Assembly (NCBI GenBank): GCA_964016885.1
Contig: OZ024740.1
Span: forward strand, 284,146,001 to 284,210,000
Direction: 5' to 3'
Length of the DNA stretch: 64,000 bases
Source of the DNA: Eledone cirrhosa
Taxonomy: Eukaryota
Position 1 is the first letter of the stretch. Every line of letters begins with the position of its first letter. The notes beneath the pieces are model-generated. The model saw only the letters and a list, made by a program, of their open reading frames with translations. It was not told the DNA's origin and did not search any database. Made by a program: the position numbers and the translations under genes. This document shows, one piece after another, positions 40,340 to 54,087 of this stretch.

Positions 40340-41284
40340 TTTATGTCCAAAAGAAAGGGTGAAAGTTACTTCTACAGAAAAATTGACTTTGAAAGTCTAC
40401 TGTCTGTTTATGAATATTGTTATTGTTGTTGTGATACAAATGTTAGTAAGTAAATGGGTATCGAAAAATAAATGGTGAAAGTTACTTCAACATAAAAATT
40501 GACTTTGAAAGTATAAGGCTGATAATTGAATGTAAAAAGATTGATAAGAAAGGCCCCAAAAGGAATTTTACAGGTATTTGTATGTATGTGTGTATTTTTA
40601 TGTCGAAAATAAAGGGTTAAAGTTACTTATACAGAAAAATATAGTTTGAAAGTGTAAGGCCGATTGAAAAACTTAGTTTAGTAAATGAAAGTCAGCTTCG
40701 AAATGGAGTTTGAACGCGCTAATACAAACACACACACATATATCCGTCTTTTAGTGTGTCTGTTTGTTTCTCTTTCCCTCTTTATCATTATATCCCACTT
40801 TATCATAATATGCTATTGTTATTTCTAAAACAAACTGTGTATGCGTTGATTGATTGAAATTCCCGCGTTCCTGTTTCTATGACGTCAATCGTAACCATAC
40901 CAACATATATGTGTGTGTATGCACCCACATATATGTGTGTATATTTTTTTTTTCAATGTTTCTCTTTTTCACAAACACTTATAAGAGAAGGTAGTAATTT
41001 TAAGGGGAGGTGATGAAGGGAGTAGATATAGGAAACGTATATCATATGAGAGAGGAGAAATCATCGATTGTTGAAATAAATCGATTTTTCCGTAATTGGG
41101 GCATTTTTTACCCAATAAGTTCGCCCATGACCCAAGTTAGAATATTTGTAAACATTCTGCTTAATTATTCATTCAATATTTTTGGAATTGTGTAAATGTA
41201 TAAAATTGAAACATACATACAGACACAAAAATCTGCCTTTTATAGATAATTATAGATTATAGATAGATTATAGATTATAGATAA

Positions 41285-41334
<50 letters not shown>

Positions 41335-41353
41335 AAATCTACATACATACATA

Positions 41354-41396
<43 letters not shown>

Positions 41397-41411
41397 CTAC
41401 ATACATACATA

Positions 41412-41446
<35 letters not shown>

Positions 41447-41461
41447 CTACATACATACATA

Positions 41462-41496
<35 letters not shown>

Positions 41497-41570
41497 CTAC
41501 ATACATACATATATTTATATATACATACATATATATATATATATATCTACATACATACATATATTTATAT

Positions 41571-41662
<92 letters not shown>

Positions 41663-41789
41663 ATCTACATACATACATACATACATATATATATAAACCT
41701 ACATACATACATAGATTTACGTATGTATATAGCTATGCATTTATACATTTGTATATATATACATGCATTTATGTTTAAGTGTGTAACAT

Positions 41790-41820
<31 letters not shown>

Positions 41821-41842
41821 TTATATATATAATATATATATA

Positions 41843-42380
41843 TCATCATCATCATCATCATCAACGTTTAACGTCCGTGTTCCACGCTTGCATGGGTTTG
41901 GACGGGGGTAGTCCCACTTGAGGCAAGAGTGATTGTCTTGCTCGCATAGGACTGTCTGGCAGGTTTTCTACAGTTGGATGCCCTTCCTAACACCAACCAC
42001 ATTTACAGTGTGGGTCTGGGAGGTTTTTACTGTGTTGCCTACACGGCCACATTACAGCGTGGACTGTGTGTTTTTTTGTCGTGACACCTACACGATCTCA
42101 TTTGTTTCGGCCTCGATGGCGCGGCACCAACATAACTTTACATAGAACGGGGTGGTGTGGATCGGGTGGGGGTGGTGGTGGTGGGACGGGGTGTATTTTG
42201 TTAGAGATGCCTACTGGCTGGAGTAGGTTTTACTATATATTTAGGTAAGGCGGGTCTTCTCTGTTACTGAGTACCGCCAAAGGTCTCGGTCCAGTGACAT
42301 TGTCTTGGAGAGGTGTAAGTGTGTGATGTCGGAGTTTATCAGCTCGTCCCAGGTTTTTCTAGGTCTGCCTATTCCGTGAC
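41843..42380 (-). mobile_element. RTE LINE 3' end
   Basis: GRPRKTWDELI, 3' UTR and (CAT)n tail. Confidence 0.75.
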
Positions 42381-42803
42381 TACCGTCTAATATATATTAT
42401 ATATATATAATATATATATACATATATAATATATATATATATAATATATATATAATATATATATGTGTGTGTGTGTGTGTGTATAATATATATATTATAC
42501 ACACACACACACATATATATATATGCAGTGTGACAAGAAGCTTGTTTCCCAACCACATATTTTCCGGGTTCAGTCCCACTGCCCGAGCCGACCAAAGCCC
42601 TGTGAGTGGATTTGATAGATCGAAACTAAAAGAAGCCCGTCGTATATATGTCTGTGTGTGTCTTTGCATTTGTGTTTGCCCTCCCACCAATGCTTGTTGG
42701 TTTGTTGAACTCCCCATAACTTACCAAGGTGATGCTCCAGCATGGGTGTAGTCCAGAGACAGAAAAAAAGTAAAATATATGTGTGTGTGTGTGTGTGTAG
42801 AAG

Positions 42804-43203
42804 AGGGTTCTCAAACTCAAGGACACAAAAGGGCTATTACGTCCTGGAGGAGAGGTACAGTGGGCCAAACGTGGTGGTGGGTGAAAATTTTTACCAGTTA
42901 TAATCATTTCTACTATAGGAACAAGGCATGAAATTTGGGGTTTAGGGTTCAGTCGATTTCATTGATCCTAGTACACAACTGGTACTTAATTCGACCCCAA
43001 AAGGATGTAAGGCAAAGTTGAGATCGGCGAATTTGAACTCAGAACGTAAAAACGGAAAGAGTATCGTTAAGCATTTCGCCAGATGTGCTAACGATTCCAC
43101 CAGCTCGCCGCCTTATTTTCACCACTTATAATGCGATATGAAATATTGGTTCTACTACGGGCCACAGATAAGTAGCGCGCGGGCCGCATGTGTGAGCCCC
43201 CTG
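42804..43203. mobile_element. hAT-like MITE with nested SINE (42900-43113, minus strand)
   Basis: Imperfect TIR GGGTTCTCAAAC / GTGTGAGCCCCCTG; no TSD confirmed. Confidence 0.45.
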
Positions 43204-43453
43204 TTGGAGATAAATAGATAAATTTCTTTATTAGCCACAAGGGCACAAAAGAAGGGGACAAATACAAATGGGGAGTTTACATACAGGTATATGAAAATAA
43301 AACTATTAATACAATAACAAATAACAATTGAAATCCCCAATAGAGGGGATGTGTTACACAGGGGTTGTACACACCCCGAAAAAATGTACAACCCTCATCT
43401 CCAGGAGCACCAAGAGTGAGTACTCCCTTCCTCTCTTCCCCTTTTTCCTCAAC

Positions 43454-46400
43454 CTACAGGCTTATATAGAGAGAAGGCCCAACCACTCGGGCCATCTTTG
43501 CCACATTCACCCAACTTTTATAACATTTGCTGGGGTACAGCACCTCTCTCTCCATCCTGATTCTTCTTCCAAAATGATATTTGAAAAAACGAATCAGTTG
43601 CTCGCCGGAGAGAAAGGTGTCTGACTTCAGCCCTTTTAACCTCGTCCACCATATAACCTCTTTCACCATAGCCATAACACATAGGAAAACCGCCTCTCCC
43701 TCGTTTTTGAAGGAGAGTGGCGGTTTGATCATGACAATGGACTCGGTGGTCAACTGGATTGATCCCACCCGCGACAATAGTCGTTCTACATAGCCCCACA
43801 GGTCGGTAACGCCCGGGCAGTGTATAAATGCGTGTGCGACGGTTTCCTCGTCGCGCACGCATCTCGGACAGATCTTTTTCGAAGGGTCCCTACCCGGGCG
43901 CCCGTGTCTGTAGAGCTTGTCTCGAACTGGTAGAGCTCCTCGGTAGCACTGCCAGGCCAGGGACTTTTGGAAGTTGTCCATTGGTCCCGGGCGGAAGGTC
44001 CTACCGAACAGACTGGCCAGTTCGTCCTCCTCTATGCCTAGAGTTTCTCCGAGCGTGTCGTCGCACTTGCTGCGGACCAACCCTCTATAGAATGTCGAAG
44101 TGGAGTCTCCACTGATCGCCGGGTCCGTTTGCCAGAGGACTGTGAGCGCCTGAGCACATTCTATGTGTCAGTCGCCCATTTTCCTCGGTCTTTGCTTGAC
44201 CCAGGACTGCAGCTCGGTCAGCGAGACGAGTCGTGGGAAGGAACGGGGCCCACACCGGTTGTTTGGTGAGGAATATGTGGAGGTGCCGCAGCCTGAGCGC
44301 GTGTTTGCGCATCGTCAGCCACGGCATCCCCAGCCCTTCGTTTGAAGGGTGTTGGCAGCAGATGGATCTTCTCACCAAAGGAGCCCGTTTCTTCCAAAGG
44401 AATTGGAAGAACGCGCGCTCCATTTTGGTGAGCGTTTTGGCTGGACAAGGCACAACGGTCAAGCAGTAGTAGATGACGGACGCTATAAAAGTGTTCGCCA
44501 CCTCCGCTCGACCTTTCAAGGATAGTTTGCACTCGGCCCACTTCTGGGTGAGCGCAAACACCTTGGCCGTCACCTCGTTCCAATTCTTCTCCACCTGGAG
44601 GTCCGGTCCGAACCAGACCCCGAGCAGCTTCACCGGTCCCTCCGTCCAGCGTCCGACGACGTCATCGGAAGGCATCGGTGTGCCTATCCACATTCCGAGT
44701 TGCAAACCGACGGATTTGTCCCGGTTCAGCTTCGCTCCTGTGAACCTTTCGTATTCCTCCAGTAAGGTGCCGATCTCTCCGATTTGCGAGGTGCTCGACA
44801 CCATTACTGTCACGTCGTCGGCGTAAGCCGACACCACTTTTCGCAGTCCCGGTTCCAAAGGAATGCTCTGCAATAGCTCCAACTTCCGCAGTAGTGGCTC
44901 GACAGTCAGTACGTACAGAAGGGAGGAGAGAGGGCATCCCTGTCGGATGGATCGCGTGATATGGAACGGCTCCGAGAGGTAGCCGTTCACCTTGACCCTT
45001 GAGCAGATGTTGCTGTTGTGCATTGCAGCAATCCAGCCCCTGAACACGGGACCGAAGCCTGCCGCCTCGAGCACCGCATCCAGGTAACGATGGTCAACCC
45101 TATCGAAAGCCTTAGACTGATCCAAGTTGATCAGGGCCCCACCCTACCCTCTCTATGATGTAACGCATGAGGTGGAGGTTGTCGTGTATGGACCTGGTCG
45201 GGATTGCGCATGTCTGCACTTCTCCCACCAGGTTTTCGACGACAAGCGCCAGCCTCTTTGCCAACACCTTGGCCAAAACCTGTAACTCTGTGTTGAGCAG
45301 AGTTATGGGCCGGAAGTTGCCTATGTCATCCCCCTTGTTCTCGTCCTTCCTGACTAACGTGATTACGCCCTTGGTCACAGAACTGGGAATTCTCCCGTTC
45401 TGCTGCCAGTTGCAGTAGACCGCTTCCAGGAGACCGGAGAACAAGTCCGGCATTGCTACGTAAAATTCGTAGGGTAGACCGTCGAGACCTGGAGATTTGC
45501 GTTTGCCGCATTGGCTCAGCGCGTCCCCTATCTCAGCGGCCGAAATCGGCCTTTCGCATAACTTCGCCTCGCTGTCCGAGAGTCGCGGTAGGCCGTCGAG
45601 GTATGGACCGAAATCCATAGCTGATCCCGGCGCACCTCCTGCCCGAACAGTTGAGCAAAGTGCCGCTGAAAGGCCGCGCACATTTGCTTCGGCTCACGTA
45701 TCACGCGTCCGTCTTGGTCCTTCAAAGACCGAATTGTGGACTTGTTGCCACTTTTCGCCTCCGTCACTCGGGCCCAGCTAACAGCTTTGGCTCCCTCATT
45801 TCCCAGAGCACGTATTTTGCTTCTGACAACGCAGCCCTCATGCTTTGCGTCGAAGAACTGGTCCAAGGCCGTTCTCGTCGCTAGCACGCTGGCTACGTTG
45901 CCACTCATAAGTGCCTCATTACCAGTTCCTTTTCGGTCTTATTTCTATCTAACATTAATTCTTTACTAAAACCTATCGAGTCTAATCTAACTGCCCTCTT
46001 GAGAGAGTACCACCATCTGTTGTTGACAATGGCCCCCGTCAAGTGCTGCTTAACTAAAGTGCTAATCCGTCTACTGTAGGCTTTGCATGTCGGTAACGAC
46101 AAGTTCAGCTTCCAGTAGCCGGGTCCCTGTCTATGGGTTTTGTCAAGGTTGACTAAGCAGGTCACTAATTTGTGATCTGAATAGGCAACTATGAACATTT
46201 GTGAGCAGCTTAACATGTCCCTATCCTTCTTTCTAACTAGAACCCTATCTAGGTACGATCTAGATGTTCCCCTGCGATTAGTCCACGTCCACAGTGGCAC
46301 AGTCGGAAAATCTAGTCGATATCTATCGACCAGGTCAAATCGGCCGATTAACTGTTTGAGGCTGTTACACCCCCCCCCCTTCTATCGGGACATGCTCCCA

Positions 46401-46858
46401 CATAGTCCCAGCGTGCATCTAGGATTCTATTCCAGTCCCCCACTAACAGCAGGGAGCGGGACGTTTCCAGAAAAGTCTCTAGATGTTTGAAAAAGTCTGG
46501 CCGCGGTGTCCCGGATGGGGCATATGCGGCCACCAGTCTGAAGGCTCCACCTTCACTACCGTCAACGTCTAGGACCACCAGTCGACCCTCCGGGTCCAGA
46601 TGTACCGTCTGTGTTACGAGGTCCAGGTGTTTCCGCAGCAAAACGGCAACCCCACCCCCACCTCCTGGCTGACAGAGAGATGCGTAGATCTCAAAGTTGT
46701 CGAAGATGGGGGCCAGTTATCGCTCGCTGTGGATCCTGGACTCGCAAATGGCTACTACATCCATGCTGTGCGACCTGAGGTCGTTTAAGAGTTTGCCCTG
46801 TTTCCTGGGTATCCCCAGGCCGCGTACATTCACACATCCAACTCTTATATTGGCCGTG
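43454..46858 (-). pseudogene. LINE ORF2 (APE endonuclease + reverse transcriptase), fragmented
   Basis: NVRGL, GDWN, YLDR, SDH, KSPGLDG, RPITLLN, DQSKAFD, RQGCPLS, YADD, CPRC..H...C spread over several frames. Confidence 0.93.
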
Positions 46859-46897
46859 TTGGTGCTGAAAAGTTAACAGAAGAGGAAAAGAAATCAC

Positions 46898-48030
46898 TCA
46901 CCTCTTCGTCTCCTGGGGACCAGGCTGCACAATTTCCATGGGGGTGTTGTAGAGGTTGTTTGGTGGGGTGGTGGTCTCTGGAGGAGTGGGGACAGAGATG
47001 TTTGGTGGGGAGGGGGTGTCTGGTGGGGTGGGGGTGGGGAAACATTTTAACAGGACTCGATTGTAGGGTTTGACGCAGGGGTTACCTACGTCGTTAAAAA
47101 ATTTTTCTTTTAACTGTTTATGTGTGTACATGGAGGTCCTAATCATTTTAAGATTAGGATTCTACGAAGAGTGTGTAAAAAGTTTTCCCTTCGGTCTCCA
47201 CCAAAGGGTTTTTATATATGGTGTCTGTTAAAGTTTTATTGTTAGTATTTATGTAGGTGTAACATTTTTGTTGTGTTGGGTTGCTTTTTGTCTGTGGTTT
47301 TTGTAGTAGGTGTTTTATTTTCAGGAGGGGGTGTTTTTGTTTGTGCTGTTTGCGTCACTTGTATTGGTGTTTGTTGCATTTTTGTTTGTTATGTCTTTTC
47401 TTTTTTCTTTTTACTGGTCGGAAAGGCTCTCCCTCATCGTCACTGGGTGACGATGATGAGGCCTCATCAGTGTTGTTGGGGAGGGGTACGTTTTGGGGAG
47501 CTGTTATGTGTGTGGGTGTTTCTGGAGTTGTTTTAGGTGGGGAGGGGTTGGGTGGGACTGTGTTTGTCGTCACTATTTTTTTATGTTGTTGTTGTTGTGG
47601 TGGTGATTGTTGTGCTGGTGTTGGTAGTAGTGCCTTTTTTTGGCTAGTTGGCCGAGGACAGGAAGCTCTCAGGTGACCCCTGCTTGAGCAGTGGTAACAT
47701 GAGGGCCGCCTACCCTCGACCGAACTGTTTATGTAAATAAGCCCATCCAGCAACACACGTTCCAAGATCCTAGCTATTCGTTCTGGTGTCATTTGGACCA
47801 GAACTTCCAGGCTAGTTCCGCTGAACATGTCGCCGGAGGACTTACCTACCGATATTATATAGTCTGTTTCGTGGTTTAAAAATCCACATAGTACCCACCA
47901 AATGTCAATATTTGGTGTGATACTTTGGATTTTTAATTTCTGTGTCCTTTTCCCCATGTAAGTGGGGGAAAAGGTGAACAGCGGTGACACAATTGACGAC
48001 ACAGAATATTTATCTGCCGTCTTTCATTAG
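46898..48030 (-). pseudogene. LINE ORF1 (gag-like, CCHC zinc knuckle), fragmented
   Basis: CYHCSSRGHLRASC followed by a Pro/Thr-rich region. Confidence 0.8.
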
Positions 48031-48138
48031 CATGGATAAACTCCCGTAGAGTCTACCCTTCTATAAATAGATAGATAGATAGACGTGTACCAAACACACA
48101 CACATTTCTTATTCTCTCTGTCCCTCCCTCTTTCTCTC

Positions 48139-48188
<50 letters not shown>

Positions 48189-48799
48189 TGTGTGTGGAGC
48201 GTTGTTATTTGGCGTTGTTGAAAAGAGCTGTGGCCTTTGACCTGGCAATAAAAAACTGTAGACAAAATTCTTTCTGTACCCAAACCAAGGCACACACACA
48301 CACAAGTTTGTGTGTGTGTATGTATATGTGTGTCTGTGTATGTGTGTGTGTGTGTCTATCTATGTTTATATATAAGGGATAAAAATATTGCTTTCTCAGT
48401 CACCAAGCTTCTCAATTCATTCCTTACTACTTATTTTGCTACGAGGTATATTATTTTGCAAAGTACTATTTTTCCCCTGAGTTTGTGATTTCAGAGAAAG
48501 GTAAGAAATTCTTCATATTTTGCACCTTTTGTATTTTGACTTTGCAGTTTCAATTGTCTATCCACTCAAAATATTACAACAGCTAACAGTGAAATATAGA
48601 ATTTAAAAAAAAAAGAAGCTTTTTCGACTGAGATCAAATGTTTTTTTTTTATTTCTAAAATATATAATTTGAAATAGCTTGCTTTTGTTTTGGACTGAAA
48701 CTTTTTTGTATTTAATTCGTTCGAGTAGTTTTTAAAGAATCTAAGATAACTTGATTTGGCTCAGTAATCTACTGCTATCAAAATCAGTAGTATATTGAA

Positions 48800-49385
48800 A
48801 AATGGAAAAATAGGATATGGGGGCGTTTCGTGATTTCGAGGGGCAAAAGAGGGTGTTTGGCCAAAATGGGTTGAGAACCTTTGGTCTAGATGCCTGCATC
48901 TCTTACATGGTCCCATGCTCTGAGTGCTCCGATGAGCTGAGGGCCCACAACAATGCCAAATGTGATAGTGCGAGAATGGCAGCTGAAATACAGGAGGTGA
49001 TGAGCAGTTGCGCAAGATGCAGATTGCCCAGTTTCAATGGTTTACTCTGAGTTTTACAAGTATATCCCGGCGACAGCGAAATGGGAGAATTACCAATTCT
49101 GTGAGATGGAGGATGGTAATGCTGTTCAGGAAAATCATGAACACAAGAGACATAACAGATCATTTCTGGGCCATAATTTTGCTGAGTGCAGAATTTAAGA
49201 TTTTGGTCAAGGTGTTAAGCAAAGAGATTGGCCCTTGTCATCAAGAGGTTGGTCAGGGAAGATCAAACATGCAAAACTCTGAAAAAATCTACCTATAACA
49301 ACCTCCATCTCATGTGATACATCATAGAAAGGGTAGGAAGGAAACTCGGTTTCAGTGGGACTTTGATCAACTTGGATCAACCCAG
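48800..49385 (+). mobile_element. Degenerate Tx1-like ORF2 fragment
   Basis: WAIILLSAEFKILVKVL resembles RPITLLNTE.KILAKVL. Confidence 0.6.
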
Positions 49386-49796
49386 ACAAGTTGGTGGGCT
49401 TATTGCTCAACTGCTGGAGAGACAATACCATGCTGTTGAACAACAGTGTCATGGGTCACTGAACTTACGGACCAGGTAAACTGCTTAGGATTTGAGTTAG
49501 TCTAGAGCTCAAGTTGCAATTGCCTTTCTTTTGTTAATGTCTTTTTCTCAGCTGGCTATCCCAGCTCCAATGTATTTGAAATGTTCAACAATCTTTAGTT
49601 GCTATTCAGATTGTGAGTTAATGATCACTAGCAATATTGTTTATGAGAAATATGGTAACAGATTTAATTATCATTTTTACAATGACGGGTTCATTGCATT
49701 CATAGCCAAAATGGAATAATTACTAAAATACCATAATAAATTGATAAATTACATTTATCAGCTTGTGTTATTCAAGATATTTAGATCTAGGCCCAT

Positions 49797-50018
49797 AATA
49801 ATGATTTCTACTATAGGCACAAGGCCAACAATTTGGGAGAGAGGGGAAAGTCGATTAAATCGACCCCAGTACATTACTGGTGCTTTGTTTTATCGACCCC
49901 GTAAGGATGAAAGGCAAAGCTAACTTCGGCAGGATTTGAACTCAGAAAGTAAAGGGTCATAACTCTATGCTGCAAAGCATGTTGACCGACGCTCTACCAA
50001 TTCTACCAATCCACTGCC
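49797..50018 (-). mobile_element. Meta-like SINE
   Basis: Family consensus with A and B boxes. Confidence 0.85.
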
Positions 50019-50526
50019 CTATCTGGGCCCCTAATAATGAAGTTTTGTTTTCATTTGCAGCTCATCTTACTGGAGTATCAGGTGATATTTGTGAGGTTGC
50101 ATGGCTATTCCAGTGCCTCACTCTTGCTATCACTGACAGTAATGCCATGAGTGTTTTGGATTGCTTCAAAAAATGTTTAAAAAGACAACACCAACATTGC
50201 CTATTATGGTGTGTAATTGATCAAGTGTTCATGGTGTTTTTTTTCTTTCTGACTCATTTTCATCGATTTGTTTCTATTATAAATCACGTTCATTATATAA
50301 ATTGTATTTATCTGTACAAACTGTTCATAAAATAGAATAAATTATTTTACAGTTTAGTGTGTTTCATTTCCTTTCATAGTGGATTTTTGGAATGTAATTG
50401 AAATTTTAGAATAAAACACAAAAAAACCTGTTACCCCAGTAAGAAATAATATAAACTCTGTTTAAATAAATAATCCATATATACCATGATTGTTATTCAA
50501 CAAATTAACTCGCAACTTATACTTTA

Positions 50527-51199
50527 CTAGCTGAGGTACCCGGCTTCGCCCGGGAGAATAGTTAAGAGAAGACGGATAAAAGAAAAAACGACTGTATTGG
50601 ATGTGTTGTCTGGTATGAGGTGAGACTAATGTGTGTGGGAGAAAGACATAAACAAAACAATCATAAAACTTCCTTATTAGGCTGGGGGAGTAAACTGCCG
50701 ATTAAATTGTAACATTGGCCTTGAATTTTAAATGTGAAATAACTATAGTCAGTATGATTTTTTCAGATCCAAAGGACGTCATCTGAAACGCAGCAATATG
50801 CCGCATAGCATTGCTTTTGAAGTGCTTAGCTTCATTAGTATGGTCTGTAAGTAGTATATGGATAAAAGCTGAAGGGTAGATTAATTTCAAATAGTATCAA
50901 TTTTCTTTGTTCTGTAAAATCAAAGACTGTAAAACGACTTTATAAAAGCTAACGCAATATTGTTAAACCTTCTTATAGATGAAAGTATCTATAGTTTAAA
51001 CCGATTCTTTTGTCGGACGCCACTCTCTCTCTCTTTATCTATCTCTGAATATTTAACACTTTAAATGTATCTCTCTCTGTATAACGGTCTATCTCTCTCT
51101 GTATAACGGTCTATCTCTCTCTGTCTCTTTAGACGTGTGTGTAGTTTTTATATGATTCAACCAGCCAACCAATAAACATCTCACTTTTATTTATATAGA
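50527..51199 (-). mobile_element. Non-autonomous Helitron
   Basis: 5' TCTATATAAATAAAAG, 3' hairpin CCCGGGCGAAGCCGGG + CTAG|T. Confidence 0.8.
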
Positions 51200-51249
51200 T
51201 TATAAAAAATATTAATTTATTGCATGGGATTCAGTATATATGTCAGTAT

Positions 51250-51426
51250 CAGACCTGCCAACTTCTAAAAACCCAAACAGGGAGTACAATGGGGAAAAAG
51301 GGTCCTAAAACGGGGAGATTTTACATAATGAAAGCTATACCCGTTTTCACAAGAGAAGACATCTCTCACCTACCCCAAAGTGGGTGGGAGATCTCCCCCG
51401 TCAGATAGGGAGAGGTGACAGGTCTG
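51250..51426. mobile_element. hAT-like MITE
   Basis: TIR CAGACCTGCCAAC / GGTGACAGGTCTG; no clear 8 bp TSD. Confidence 0.55.
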
Positions 51427-52779
51427 CAATATATGGTTACTATTTTGATGTGAGACGAATAATTTCTGCTGTCTTTCGAGATCGATGTAAGTATAGACAT
51501 ATGCCATGAATTTAGCTCTGTAATATAAAAAAGTATTCATAATGAAAATATAAACAAAATGATATATTCATATGCTGTTATTACAGAATGAAACGTGGGT
51601 TACTAACCTCTCTGATTTTGTCAGTTGAAGCTATTTTTATTTCATGTGAACGTATAAAATATTTTGTTGTTTGTTATGGCTCACACTTGCATAAGTTTAG
51701 CTGACCTCCCAAGGGATATATTGCATCTCATAGACAATTCTTTGTGTTTTAATAATAATAAACTTCCATAAAAAGATGAAGTAAAAATGCATAAGCCTAT
51801 GTAGGCTCGTTGCCACACTTTGATGCTTGGAATTGAGATGGGAGTGGGGGGCACGGAACATTCTGGATGTGCACTCAAATTCGTAATAAATCTAAGGTAG
51901 GATTTCGGATTAAGCATATCACCGTAAATATTTTTAAACCTGAGGATGAACTGTTGAACAATAGGGTGGCAGTGTCATCCTGTGTACCCCACATCCACTC
52001 ACACAGGCCAAGTGTAGGTTTGAGTGAAAGACATTGTTTCATAAGGTCCTGTTTCTGAATAAGCAGAACTGTCACCATCGTCGAAAAAACTCAAGAAATA
52101 GAAATATATTTTGTATTATTTATTTTCTCTTAAATATTTTACTCACCTGTTGTTTTTTTAAATATTTGGTAAGCATGACGAATTTGTTTTGTGTTTAAAT
52201 TCTATTTAAAATCTTTTTTCTTTTTTTTAGTTCGTTCGTAACTTAATCCAGTGTAAGGAATATTGACTTATATATTATATTACGGTTAGAGAGTATGATA
52301 GAGTAGCAAAAGAGAGAGAAAAGAAGACGGAGTGAGAGAGATAACATCTGAATATCGCATTGTCACAAAAAAAATAATAATCTAAAAAAAAAAAATCAAC
52401 GAAACCCTTAAGAGTCCGGCATAGTGTGTACAGATCCCGGCAGACGTCGTTATGCGCGTAATAAACACATGGTATATATGTAGGTGTGTAGACATTGTCA
52501 TGTTTATAAACGTTGTATGGGACAGGTAAATCAATAATATAGTAGTAATATATGTTGAATTTAGAAGGAAACGTTAATGAGTAAAATAAAGGAAATTACT
52601 AGAAATTGACATTCGGGAGAAAAAAGTACTTGTTACAGATTGTCTTATAAGTTCTACTGATTCTTACCAAGTGTATCGCCATCGATAGATATTACGGTAT
52701 CAAAAGATTAATATTACTCCTTATATTATATATCATTGTATTTTCATTCATGTGACCTAGCAGGATTTTTTATTCGAAT

Positions 52780-53621
52780 AGGCTACTTTGCCGGTCTCGG
52801 TAAAATAGACAAACATGCTTTTTAAATTTATATTTACCGGTCCATGGTAAATATAAATAGTGTTAGTGTTGGGTTAGGGTTTAAATTGTCTTAAAAATTG
52901 GTGGTGAAAATAAATAAACTTCTGTGTTGTTATTTTTAACATTATCTGCCTTCATAATAATGGTTTCTGAATTAGGCACAAGGCCACCAATTTTGGGAGA
53001 GGGGATAGTCAATTAAATCGACCTTAGTGTATTACTGGTACTTTACTTTATCGGCTGTTTTACAGATGAAATAACTAACATTTAGTTTCTTTACCAAGGT
53101 TTAATCCAATGAGTAAAATTCCAATCACAGCAGTGTTGTTATTTCACAGAGCATATATATAAAAAAAAGTTGTATCGTTTTTCTATCTTCGTTATCCGAT
53201 TACTTATCGAATGTATGTATAATAACTTTGATAGGTTTCGGCCAGTATTGGCCCAGGCCATGTCTAACTTAATAGTACCACCTGTGTGTGTGTGTGTGTT
53301 ATGTCATCGCCTCCATCTCTCTCGCCCTCCCCATCTCTCTCTATTATGAAAAAATAGGGTTCCACGAGCTGGCCGCCCCACAGCCTCGGCGGACAGAATG
53401 AAGAAGGCGTTTCTCCGGAGGATGGTAAGGGAGTTGCGCTAGAAGAGCCATTCCATCTCGCGAGACTCACACCTGCGGCTAGCCAGCTCAAAGCTAACCT
53501 CGGCTGGATTTGAATTCAGACCGTAAATGACCGCAACTCTATGCTGCAAAGCATGGTGTCTGACACTCTTACCAGCAAAATAGCCTGCTGGTATATTTTA
53601 CCGGGACCGGCAAAATAGCCT
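52780..53621. mobile_element. TIR DNA element with nested SINE and CRE-like fragment
   Basis: 28 bp TIR AGGCTACTTTGCCGGTCTCGGTAAAATA / TATTTTACCGGGACCGGCAAAATAGCCT. Confidence 0.65.
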
Positions 53622-53850
53622 CTTTATTATTATTTCAATATTGTAGAGAAAAAAAAAATTGTTTAACTTTAAACAAGGGTAGTAACTCATGTGAAATATT
53701 TCCGAGTTGCCTCCTGCATAAAAACCTTTTCGAATTATAAACCTATTTTTAGTTTCATTAACTTTTAGCGTCGCAATATTTCATATATATATATATATAT
53801 ATGTTATGGAATACTGTTAGCTTCTCGCTACAACAATTTCTATACTTTTC

Positions 53851-53961
<111 letters not shown>

Positions 53962-54087
53962 TATTAAAATAACAGATTAAAGTTTAAGCAAAGAATCGCT
54001 GCCTCACCCTTAACGGGATCTTCTGAAACTGGATTTTAGTCTTCAAATTCATATATAGAGAGAGAGAGAGACAGTGTGTGTGTGTAA

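Larger units (their letters stand above)
38313..41281 (-). mobile_element. Helitron, internally deleted
   Basis: 3' hairpin CCCGAGCAACGCCGGG + CTAG at 38313; 5' TCTATAATCT; RepHel N-terminal zinc motif and Pif1 helicase. Confidence 0.92.
43221..48062 (-). mobile_element. Tx1/L1-clade LINE, near full length, frameshifted
   Basis: ORF1 with zinc knuckle, then APE, RT and C-terminal zinc motif; TSD ATAAATAGATA at 43210 and 48063. Confidence 0.95.
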
